Source of the DNA: Chiloscyllium plagiosum
Taxonomy: Eukaryota
Direction: 5' to 3'
NCBI RefSeq assembly: GCF_004010195.1
Contig: NC_057750.1
Location: 1,312,808 to 1,335,872, forward strand
DNA: 23,065 bases
The position numbers and the translations under genes are program-made. Shown here piece by piece: positions 10,176 to 20,039 of this stretch (its first letter is position 1; each line of letters opens with the position of its first letter). Below the pieces are notes generated by a model. The model was given only the letters and a program-made list of their open reading frames with translations. It had not been told where the DNA came from and ran no database searches.

Positions 10176-11070
10176 AGAACATAGAAAAGTACAAAACAGA
10201 ACAGGCCCTTCAGCCCATGAGGTTGAGCCAAGGATTATTCCTAATCTAAAATAAAATAACTTAACCTACGCACCCCTGAATTCACTGCTTTCCAAGTGTA
10301 TGTCCAGCAGTCGCTTAAATGTCCCTAATGACTCTGCTTCCAGCACCACCGCTGGCAACGCATTCCATGCATTCACAACTCTCTGCATAAAGAACCTACC
10401 TCTGACATCTCCTATTATCTTCAAACTATGACCCCTCATGCCAGTCAATCTTACCCTGGGGATAAGTCTCTGGCTATTGACTCTATCCATGCCTCTCATT
10501 ACCTTGTACATCTTGATCAGGTCACCTCTCCTCCTCCTCTTCTCCAGGGAGAAAAGTCAGAGCTTAGTCAACCTCTCTTTGTAAGATAAATCCTCCAGTC
10601 CAGGCAGCATCCTGGTAAACCTTCTTTGCACCCTCTCCAAAGCCTCCACATCTTTCCTATAATAGGGCGACCAAAACTAGACACAATATTCCACGTGTCT
10701 TGTACAGCTGCAGCAAAACCTCATGGCTCTTAAACGTAATCCCCCTGTTAATAAGAGCCAAAACACCATATGCTTTCTTAACAACCCTAGCTACTTGGGT
10801 GGCAACTTTGGGGATCTACGTACTTGAACACCAAGATCCCTCTGTTCCTCCACACTGCCAAGAATCCTGTCTTTAATCCTATAATCAGCATTCGAGTTCG
10901 ACCTTCCAAAATGCATCACTCTGCACTTATCCAGGTTGAACTCCATCTGCCATTTCTCAGCCCAGCTCTGCATCCTGTCTATGTCACGCTGCAGCCTGCA
11001 TAGCCCTTGATACTACCAATCTTTGTGTCATCGGCAAATTTACGAACACACCCCTCAACCTCCTCATCCA
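10176..11070 (-). mobile_element. 5'-truncated CR1 LINE (end of RT to 3' UTR)
   Basis: WAEKWQMEFNLDKCRVMHFG, EQRDLGVQV and FFMQRVVNAWNALP motifs. Possible short TSD CAATTT (10170-10175, 11069-11074). Confidence 0.93.
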
Positions 11071-12042
11071 ATTTGTGCTACTAAACACAGGAATCAGACT
11101 CCTTTGTAAAATCCCTCTCCAACAGAGTGCAGGACCTTATTCCTGTGATGGTGATAAGTTCCCCTTCCCATACTTTCCTCACCAATTTTCATTCTGTGCA
11201 GTGTCCCATATCTGAGACCTTTCAACTGAATAGTGACCCTTCCTACACAAGCTCTGAATGCACATAAATCAGTAATCTTGGTGCAAAGGCAGTTAATGGG
11301 AAGGGTTTTGATCTATTGAAATTCCATAAAGTGGGAACAAATAGGAATCCATTGAAGTAGTGTCAAAAGAGAGTGAATGGAAATGATTTGATTCATTCAC
11401 CTCAGAACTGCTGAATGTGAGCAGGGTTTGTGTTTTCTGATGTGTGTTTACATGTTGTTTTCATTTCTTTTTCAAAGAATATCTCATATCATTCAAGCAA
11501 AATATAGCCCTCACCCATGACATCATTACTTCAGGCAAACATACATTTCAGAATTATTGACTTGTTTTGATCAAAAATCAATCCAGTTACGCAGTCCAAA
11601 GAACAGAGAAGATTGCATTAAAGTTTGGCACCACCACCAGCCATTAGGACTTAACTGAATTATGGAGCAAAGAGCTTCTATTCTTAGTCCACTCTGGAAA
11701 TGCAAGTCCCTTTAAAGGAGCATTTATTCAAATTATTCCATATTTAATACAACGTATTCCTTCTCCGAGCAATGGAAATGATGAATTGATTTTCTACTGT
11801 ATTGCCCTCCACACTGTTATGTGAAAATTCAGCCAGTGCATTTTAACTCACTGCCTTAAGTCTCCCTGAAATTTTAATTAAATGTATCTATATTTTAGTT
11901 TTTATCTCCTCTTCTTTTGTGATAATTCTTTACCTTTTCTTCCTCTTTAACTCTTTCACTGCAGCATTGTGATAGTTCTCCAACTTGTTCCCGTTGTGCA
12001 GTTCCCTCAGTCCCTCAAAAGACAAGTCTTTGTATCTGAATT

Positions 12043-12123
12043 AGAGTCATAGAGATGTACAGCATGGAAACAGACCCTTTGGTCCAACCCGTCCATGCCA
12101 ACCAGCTATCCCAACCCAATCTA
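12043..12123 (-). mobile_element. CR1 3' UTR stub
   Basis: Reverse complement closely matches 4059-4140. Confidence 0.85.
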
Positions 12124-12289
12124 AACTTTGTTTCCAATTTGGAAATTCCTGACATAAAGCTGGCAAAAGTGATGATAAGTTACAATTATATTCCATCTTT
12201 GATTGATTAAAATATAAATTGTTAATGTAATGCAATGTTCCTGTTGCTTCAGGTCTGTCAAAATGAGACACCGTAAACCTATAAGTAAG

Positions 12290-13490
12290 CATTTGAGCAT
12301 ATGAACAGAAGGAGAGAGAGGTAGAGAGGAAGTGAGATCTAAGGTGGAAATTCCAGAATTTACAATCTTGGCAGCAGAAGACACGGTTGCCAATGTTAGA
12401 ATGATTAAAATCAGGGATGCATATGATGCCAGAGTTGAAAGAATACCATGATCTTAGAGGGTTGTGGGGATGGGAGGAGGGAGTTAGAGTGAAATGAGGC
12501 CATGCTTGATTTGAAAATAAGGATAAGAATTTTATAATACAGCATCTTAGAGTCAAACAGAGGCCAGGAGTGGTGGGTGACCAGGACTTAATGTGAAATA
12601 GGACACATATAGCAGAGTTTTGAATGAGTCTGGGTTTATATAGCGTGGAGAGAGAGGCAATGACCTATTATTACTGAATTATTAATCCAGAGAATGTTCT
12701 GGGGACTCAGGTTCAAATCCCACCTCGGCAGATGTGGAATTTGAATTCAATTTTAAAAATCTGGAATTAAGAGTCTAATGACCATGAATCTATTGTCAAT
12801 TGTTGGGAACACCCACCTGGTTCACTAATGTCCTTCAGGGAAGGAAACTGCTGTCTTTAGTTGGTCTGGCCTGCATGTGACTCCAGACCCACAGCAATGG
12901 GAGTGACTCCTAACTGCTATCTGAGCAGTTGGGGGTGGGCACTAAATGCTGGCCTGTCAAGCAGCACCCTCATCCCATGACTGAGTCAAAGATAGGTGGG
13001 GAGTACATTACAAAGAGTCCAATCAGGGTGTAACAAAGGCACGAGTGTAGCTTTGGGTAAAAAAGTGAGCCCTGGCAGGGGCAGAGTTCAGTCAATAACT
13101 GAAACTTGTGAACTTGGGCTACCATTATCTCCAGGAAAAATCTGACACTAAGATTGCATTCCGCCAAATGTTCAGCATCAGCCTCTGGCCCAGAGAGGAA
13201 TGCAGTTGTTGGAGAGTGAACCTAATTTGTGATGGGCACTGAAGACAATGGCTTTGGTCTTCCCAAATTTAACTGGAAGAATTTTCTGCTCGTTGTTGAG
13301 CGACAGTGCAGAGAGGCTGCTGCGGGGAGAGCTGCTTGCAATTGATGAACATGTGGAACCTCATGTGTTTCCCCCATCATGGTGCCAAGGGGGCTGCAAA
13401 TTGATGAGAATTAGGAGGAGGTCAATTCTTGTGACGCTCCACTACTGGAGTTGGACAGAAGAGCTGATGCCTGTAATTGTCTAACTACAA
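12290..13490 (-). mobile_element. Old L2-like LINE remnant interrupted by a SINE
   Basis: GNRVFCCQDCKFWNF resembles L2 G.RAFS...P.LWN. 13340-13440 reverse complement resembles decayed GVPQGS.LGPLLF.IY / FHxYADD RT motifs. Confidence 0.55.
12655..12985 (+). mobile_element. tRNA-derived SINE with LINE-derived tail
   Basis: B-box GGTTCAAATCC, body GGTTCACTAATGTCCTTCAGGGAAGGAAAC, and tail GGGGTGGGCACTAAATGCTGGCC...CTCATCCCATGA resembling the LINE end at 22085-22145. Confidence 0.75.
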
Positions 13491-13699
13491 TGAAAAAGCC
13501 TTCTGTTGTGTTCAGAATAGGTGGCACTGACAAGCCTGCATTTATTAACCAAACCTGCTGGGGATTTGATTGTCTTTAGAACAATTGGATGATTTTCTGG
13601 ATCATATCAGGAAAGGATGTATGATACGTTGGCCACTGGCAGGAACTAGGTGGATTTTGACAACAGTTAGCAGCTCTCAGTTTTGTTCTGGTACCATCC

Positions 13700-13948
13700 G
13701 AGTTCAATCTGGCACCGTGCCATGATGGAGTTTGAGTTTCGGAGACTAGACAGCTAATCCAGTACCACAGTCAAGACACCCACTATCCTGACCCTCGGCA
13801 TTGCTTCACGCCCAGTGAGTGAAATGTATTTTTCTCCCACTCACAGATCAAGGTTAGTGTTTGCAGTCTCATGTTTTCATGAAATCCTGATCTTCAGTTC
13901 ACCCAATGAGAAGTTCATAATTCCAGTCAGTGACCCTTACTATGATGC
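13700..13948. repeat. Local duplication, copy 1
   Basis: Aligns with 14927-15166. The last 78 bp are 73/78 identical. Confidence 0.85.
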
Positions 13949-14557
13949 TTACAGCATCTGACACAATAGTGCGATTATAAATACCTTCTCTGTAAGCTAC
14001 ATTGAGCAGGCAAGTATGAATACTATGTATTGTCTGACAGGTCTAAATAATATGTTCAAAGAAAATCAAAGGTTGTCACTGAATATATAAGAGCATTGTG
14101 AAGTTCCTGCATATTACATACTGTAGGGCAACTACATTTTTCACAGTTGTTATGTACAAAATAAAGTCCAAACTAAAACATTTCATCATGGAGGATTGAC
14201 TCAGTGACAGCAGTAAAGGTGGCAAGTTGCTGGGTGTGGACCCAACTGTGAGGTGGTTTGGAACGATGACCCAAAGGTACATTTCAATTTGTATCAACAA
14301 TCCAGACTTGGGTAGAAGGAGCAATATTAAAAAAACTTAGCAACACAGGAGAGTATGAGAGCAGTTCCATACATCGCAGAACATAGACAGGATGGTGAAA
14401 TGGGAAGGAGTGCATCAGGAAAAAATTTAACATAGAATTTTGTGAAGTGAGGCACTTTGAAAGAACTGAGATGGAAAGTCGACATTCTAGAAATTGCATA
14501 ATTTTGAGACACGTAGTGGAGCAGAGAGACCTTGAGATCCATTAATAGAAATCCTTG

Positions 14558-14910
14558 ACATAAGAATGAGGAAGAAGAGGAGGCTATTCAGTCCCTCGAG
14601 CCTGTTCTGCCATTCAATAGAATCATGGCCAATCTCATCATGGCCTCAACTCCAGTATTCTGCCTGTTCCCTTTAACCTGTCACTAATTAAAACTTGTCA
14701 CTATCTCCTCCCTAAATGTACTCAGTATCCCAGCATCCACCACCCTCTGGGGGAGTGAATCCCATGGTCCTTTGGGAGAAGTAGTTCCTTCCCATCTCAG
14801 TCTTAAATCTGCCCCCCCCCCCCCTCCTTATCCTTAAAGCTATCACCTTTTGTTCTAGATTGCCACATAATATCCCCTCCATGCCTACTTTGACAAACCA
14901 TTTTAGCACC
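14558..14910 (-). mobile_element. CR1 3' fragment
   Basis: GRFKTEMGRNYFSQR motif. Terminus ACATAAGAA...GGCTATTCAGTCCCTCGAGCCTG. Confidence 0.8.
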
Positions 14911-14926
14911 TAACATCAGATTCACT

Positions 14927-15166
14927 GAGTTCGATTTGGCACCATGTCATGGTGAAATTTCAGTTTAGGATGCTAGACCTACATATCACTATAACCACTA
15001 TCCTGGCCCCGGCACTGTTCCCTGCCCAGCCAGAGAAATATGTTTTTCTCCTACTCCACATCAAGGTCACTGTTTGATTACAGATTTAATGTTTTCATGA
15101 AATCCTGATCTTCAGTTCACCCAGTGAGAAGTTCATAACTGCAGTCAGTGACCTTTACTGTGATGC
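14927..15166. repeat. Local duplication, copy 2
   Basis: Aligns with 13700-13948. Confidence 0.85.
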
Positions 15167-15359
15167 AGCGATGCAATTAAATCTCCTCTCGAGCTTCCAA
15201 ACTCTAACAAGTAAAACTTGGCAGGCTACATTAATAAAGTGATTCAAAACATCTGGATCACTGGATTCACTAATAGAGGAATTGATAACAAGATCCACAC
15301 TGGTCCTCAATGAATCCTCAGTGTCAACGCCACATCTCTGCATCATATTGCATCCAGGA

Positions 15360-15740
15360 AAGATGCAAAGATCTCCTCAAGGAAACAGAAGAGTTTTACT
15401 TGGATGTTGCTTGATGAGAGAAACCTCAAGTGTAATGAGCAGTTGGAAACTTTACAAGAGTTTTTCTTGCAACAAAGGAAGTTGTGCAGTGGAGCTTTTC
15501 AATATGGAGAGATTTTGAAAAGTAGCTGCAGCAAAATAATTCTCTCTGGCGAGTGAGTCAACACCAACAGTGGTAGATTTAAATAACTGACAGAAGAATG
15601 AGGGGGGAGTTGAGAGATTTACTTTTCACCCAGAGATGGTGGGAATGCAAAACACGTTGTCTGAAAGAGGCAGGCAACCCTCAACCCATTTAAAAAATAT
15701 TTCAGGTGGCACCTGAAATACTACAGCTTAGATGGCAATT
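15360..15740 (+). mobile_element. Very old CR1 3' remnant
   Basis: CAGAAGAGTTTTACTTGGATGTTGC (QRRFTRML-like) and TTTTCACCCAGAGATGGTGGGAATG (FTQRVV-like). Confidence 0.55.
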
Positions 15741-15745
15741 TGAAG

Positions 15746-15839
15746 GCACATGTGCTGCAGTGGTAGTGTCCTATCTTTGGACCACGAGTTCTGGGTTCAA
15801 GTCCCACCTGCTCCAGAGGTGTGTAATTTAATTTCTGAA
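15746..15839 (+). mobile_element. tRNA-derived SINE head fragment
   Basis: GCAGTGGTAGTGTCC...GGGTTCAAGTCCCACCTGCTCCA. Same family as 2094-2186. Confidence 0.65.
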
Positions 15840-16769
15840 GTTGTTGCTGAGGTCAGTTCCTGAATTGATAATGTCTTGAAGGGAGGAACTGGAGATAAGC
15901 AATCTCTGAGCTGACAACGTACAGTACAAGCTGAGAAAGGTTACCTGAAGATTTGCTTAACCTGCTTTTGGAGGGATACTTGGGAGGTGAAATGTATTCG
16001 GTCACAATTCTGACTTTGGGCAGATGGTGGCTGTTCTGAGCAACTTTCGCAATGCCCTCATGTGCTGATCACTCATGACCCAATGTCGACTGTGGTGCAG
16101 GGAGATTTTCTAAAGTTTTCAAAAGACTTCAGTGATAGAAATTCAAGCTAAGATAAATACCACCATTCCTTTCTCTTTTTCTGATGCTTTATCCTCCTTC
16201 TCAGGATATGAATGCCTTTTGGGCCTTTAAATCCAACTAGGAAACTATTCTGAGAATGAGGGATTTGTAATAATGAAGGTATTACAAGATGCAGACTTCA
16301 GTAATTAAGTAGAAAGATAAGTAGAAATTGATTTCGATGAAGAGGTTGGTGCATATGGGTGATAAAGACAGATACATCAGTTGCATTTTCTGTTATTTCA
16401 TTATTCAAAGTTTTCCCACATTATTTGGAAGCAGATTGAAACAGAATTCAGCAAATAGGCGAAAATAATGTCAGTTCAAGTCAGACATCGGGCAGTAAAG
16501 GAAGCAGTTCAAACAGTAACAAGGGAAATGTTTATTATTCCTGGAAGCTGATGTCAAGCTCCCCAAACCAACAGCAAGTTTTCATTGACGTTTGATTAAC
16601 CCATGTCAAATTCTTGGGTCAACAATAAGGATCTTCCTATTTTAAGCTCTGAATCAATACCCACTGATATCATTCCAAGGAGTAAATGTCCTCCACATCT
16701 AAATCAGCAGGTGTAAGACTTAACCAGTCAGTGGTACTCCAACAGAACCAGTTAGTACCCCATTGGCTT

Positions 16770-17072
16770 TTCATAGGTCACACAACACAGAAACAGACCC
16801 TTTTGTCCAACCAGTCCATGCCAACTATAATCCACAAAACTAGTCCCAGCTGCCTGCTCCTGGCCCATATCCCTCCAAACCTTTCCTATTCATGTATCTA
16901 TCCAAATGTCTTTTAAATGTTGTAACTGTCCCCACATCCACCACTTCCTCAGGAAGGTCATTCCACAGGCAAACAATCCCCATGTAAAAAGGTTGCCCCT
17001 TGTGTCTTTTTTAAATCTCTCTCCTCTCACCTTAAAAACGTGCTGCCTGGTCTTGAATCCCCCATCCTAGGG
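16770..17072 (-). mobile_element. CR1 3' fragment
   Basis: Reverse complement matches 9540-9845. Confidence 0.88.
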
Positions 17073-17389
17073 GTCTGCTCCGAGGTATCAACCCCCTTTC
17101 CTTGCTGCCATTGATTCTCTGAGGGAGCAGCTTTCTCCAACCCTTCACCCTGACCAGGTGACAGAGGTCAGGGGCATCATTGGCCATCAACCCAGTCGCT
17201 TTGTTTCAGTGGCTGGCTGGACGCCATCCCACAACTGATCCCACTCCAAACTCACAACAACCCTAAACTACACCCCTCTCCACTGTCATAGCCCCCATCC
17301 CCACCCCCTCCCCTTTACACGCACGCCCCTACTACCCACCCCACCACTTTCTGTAAAACAGTGTCTTCACATCTTTTAAATTTACCCAA

Positions 17390-18198
17390 GAGGAAGGACA
17401 TGACCTTAGTTTAATGATTTATCTGAAAAATGGTCATCTGACAGTGCGGCACTCACTAAGCACAGACTGTCTGATAGTGCAGCACTCCCTCAGCACTGAC
17501 TCTCCGACAGTGTGGCACTCCCTCAGCACTGACCCTCCGACAGTGCGGCGCTCCCTCAGCACTGACCCTCTGACAGTGTGGCACTCCCTCAGCACTGACC
17601 CTCCGACAGTGTGGCACTCCCTCAGTATGACCTTCTGACAGTGCGGCACTCCCATAGGACTGACCCTCCAACAGTGCGGCACTCCCTCAGCACTGACCCT
17701 CCGACAATGTGGCACTCCCTCAGCACTGACCCTTCGACAGTGCAGCAATTTCTTAGTACTGACCCTCCTCAGTACTGACCTTCTGACAGTGCGGCACTCC
17801 CTTAGTACTGACCCTCCAACAGTGCGGCACTCCCTCAGCACTGACCCTCCGACAATGTGGCACTCCCTCAGCACTGACCATTCGACAGTGCAGCAATTTC
17901 TTAGTACTGACCCTCCGACAGTGCGCCACTCCCTCAGTACTGACCCTCCTACAGTGTGGCACTCCCTCAGCACTCACCGTCCGACAGTGCGGCACTCCAT
18001 CAACACTGACCCTCCGACAGTGCGGCACTCCCTCAGCACTGACCCTCCGACAGTGTGGCGCTCCCTCAGCACTGACCCTCCGAAAGTGCAGCATTCCCTA
18101 AGCACTGACCCTCCTTATAATGCAGCACTTGCTGATTACTGTCTTTTGTGCTAAATTATCTAAAGTGTGACTTTATTCTCATGTTTCTGACTCAGAGC
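17390..18198 (-). mobile_element. DeuSINE/SacSINE1-like SINE remnant hosting the 33 bp minisatellite
   Basis: Left flank CTTAGTTTAATGATTTATCTGAAAAA matches CTTAGTTTAACATTCCACCTGAAAGA at ~19476-19501. Right flank TTTGTGCT...TTCTGACTCAGAG resembles the SINE head. Family name is from recall. Confidence 0.55.
17438..18128. repeat. 33 bp minisatellite (CAGCACTGACCCTCCGACAGTGYGGCACTCCCT)n, about 20 units
   Basis: Directly visible; 11-aa periodic ORFs. Confidence 0.97.
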
Positions 18199-19017
18199 AG
18201 TCCTGGGAATTGGGAGCCCTATCATTTTATTTCTCCAGGTTGCCAAGGTTGACTGTGCACTGCCCGTTACAGCCAGCAGGGGGTGGGGTTTGATGCTGTG
18301 ACCTACCTGTTCTGTTACTTGTACCTATTGAGAACACTGTGATCACTGTCACCTCACACAATCCCTGGCCATTCAACATCCTTCAGTTGAGTCAACCTAA
18401 ACAAATTTGGAGGAGATTCCAAGCTGATGTGTAACCCTGGAAGATCTATCTGGCTCACACACTGCATTGGAAAGTGTTAAACAGGCTGGCTCCCATCCTC
18501 CAACATATTGATGACATCTGCTAATTTACATAGAAATTTCTCCAAACTGACATCTCCTAAATGTTCGCTAACTGGAAATTTTTCAATCAGTGTTTAGTAG
18601 TATTTAGTCGCTCCGTTCTGGCACTTTATCCCTTACTGTGCATCTCTGAGTTCTCTCCTGTGTGGATACTGTCGACTCAGATGAAGGCACACACCCGCTG
18701 CCTGAACACAGCATTTAGAGATTGGGTCAAGCAGCTCTGCAAAATTACAGTGAGTGGAAACCCAGTGTTGTTTCTTGTAACTTGTAATGGCAGATGTCAG
18801 TTAATGGTGTAGCACCCATGCAATCTATGCCAAGCTCCTGTACAAATACATCAATTCCTCTCACCATCTGCTCACAGTGTTGCCTCTGTAGTCAAAGTAC
18901 GTGCTTTCACTTATGTCCATCTTTCATGAGCTCGGGACCCATGTCTTACAGCCAAAGAAAGTACTTTTAATGTACAGCGATTGTTGAATTGTAGGAAACA
19001 GGGTTAGCACATAGCTA

Positions 19018-19113
19018 CTGAGAACAACAAATGCTAGAGATCACAACTGGTCAGGCAGCATCCATGGAGAGAGCAAGCTAGTGTTTCAATTCAAGATGAC
19101 TCTTCATCAGAGC
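19018..19113 (-). mobile_element. Diverged solo Penelope-like pLTR (third subfamily) with decayed hammerhead
   Basis: GGTCAGGCAGCATCC core. Reverse complement of 19077-19113 is GCT CTGATGA A GAGTC ATCTT GAATT GAAAC ACT AGC. Degraded TSD AGCACATAGCTA / AGCACACAGTTA (19006-19017, 19111-19122). Confidence 0.6.
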
Positions 19114-19200
19114 ACACAGTTAACTCCCATAAACTGCACTGGGATATTGATCACAAGATTTATAAGGTCCCCACTGTTCAGTTGTTCATCAAAGAAAAAC

Positions 19201-19416
19201 AGAGCTGGAAATGTGTTGCTGGAAAAGCGCAGCAGGTCAGGCAGCATCTAGGGAACAGGAGAATCGACGTTTCGGGCATAAGCCCTTCTCATTCCTGAAG
19301 AAGGGCTTATGCCCGAAACGTCGATTCTCCTGTTCCCTGGATGCTGCCTGACCTGCTGCGCTTTTCCAGCAACACATTTCCAGCTCTGATCTCCAGCATT
19401 TGCAGACCTCACTTTC
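19201..19416. mobile_element. Fold-back Penelope-like mini-element (young)
   Basis: ~89 bp near-perfect inverted arms 19201-19289 / 19299-19387, then a 29 nt tail. Perfect 15 bp TSD TCATCAAAGAAAAAC (19186-19200, 19417-19431). Confidence 0.82.
19291..19326 (+). ncRNA. Minimal type I hammerhead ribozyme motif
   Basis: ATTC CTGAAGA A GGGC TTAT GCCC GAAAC GTC GATT. Predicted cleavage after C19322. Confidence 0.65.
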
Positions 19417-20039
19417 TCATCAAAGAAAAACGCCATGGTATTGTCAGCGGTTCACCTGACAGGGGTAGATCGGGTCTTAGTTTAACATTCCACCTGAAAG
19501 ACAATACCTCTGGCAGTGGAGTCAGAACTGGATTGAACTGTCAACTTTGGTTGCCTCTTGAGTGGGACCTAAGAGACAATCCTCCAAGGTCAGAATCACT
19601 GAGCCTTGGACAATAGCTAAGCTGAGATGTAGGTTCCTGTTCTTAAAGGGGCACATTGACAGTTTGGATTGAAGATGCATTTACATCAACAGTCCTTGGG
19701 TCCTCGTCCAACCAACTCTTTTCAGGAATGTGTTGTGTACTGAGCCTAAACAAGTTATTTCACAAAGAAGCCCAGCATGACTGACCCAAATCTCACAGAC
19801 CTCACAGCTAGGGAGGGTTGTATTCATTTTCACATACTCTGACCTCAAGGGCACTGAGAACTATTACAACAGTGTTGTTGGGTAACTGGGGAAAGGGCAA
19901 AACACAGGCTATTAAAGAGAGTTAGAATCCCTCTTTATGAACATAATCATCACAATGCTGGATTGGAGAAAGCTCATTGGATTTGCCACATGAGAAACAA
20001 CTTTATAAGTTCAAGCCCCACTAGCAGCATTAGATGAAA

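Larger units (their letters stand above)
18910..19625 (-). mobile_element. Old DeuSINE-like SINE carrying two nested Penelope-like insertions
   Basis: Collinear pieces TTACAGCCAAAGAAAGTACTTTT..TGTAGGAAAC, CTCCCATAAAC, GCCATGG..CACCTGA..GTTTAAC..TGAAAGAC and GAGTGGGAC resemble the recalled consensus. Confidence 0.55.

Noticed and set aside
13871..13948. SECIS or box C/D snoRNA
   Set aside because: ATGA and CTGA are present, but there is no correctly spaced apical AA/GA quartet in both copies and no terminal C/D box arrangement.
17414..18154. Periodic ORFs or a CRISPR-like array
   Set aside because: Head-to-tail 33 bp repeats with no unique spacers and no cas genes, in vertebrate-type DNA.
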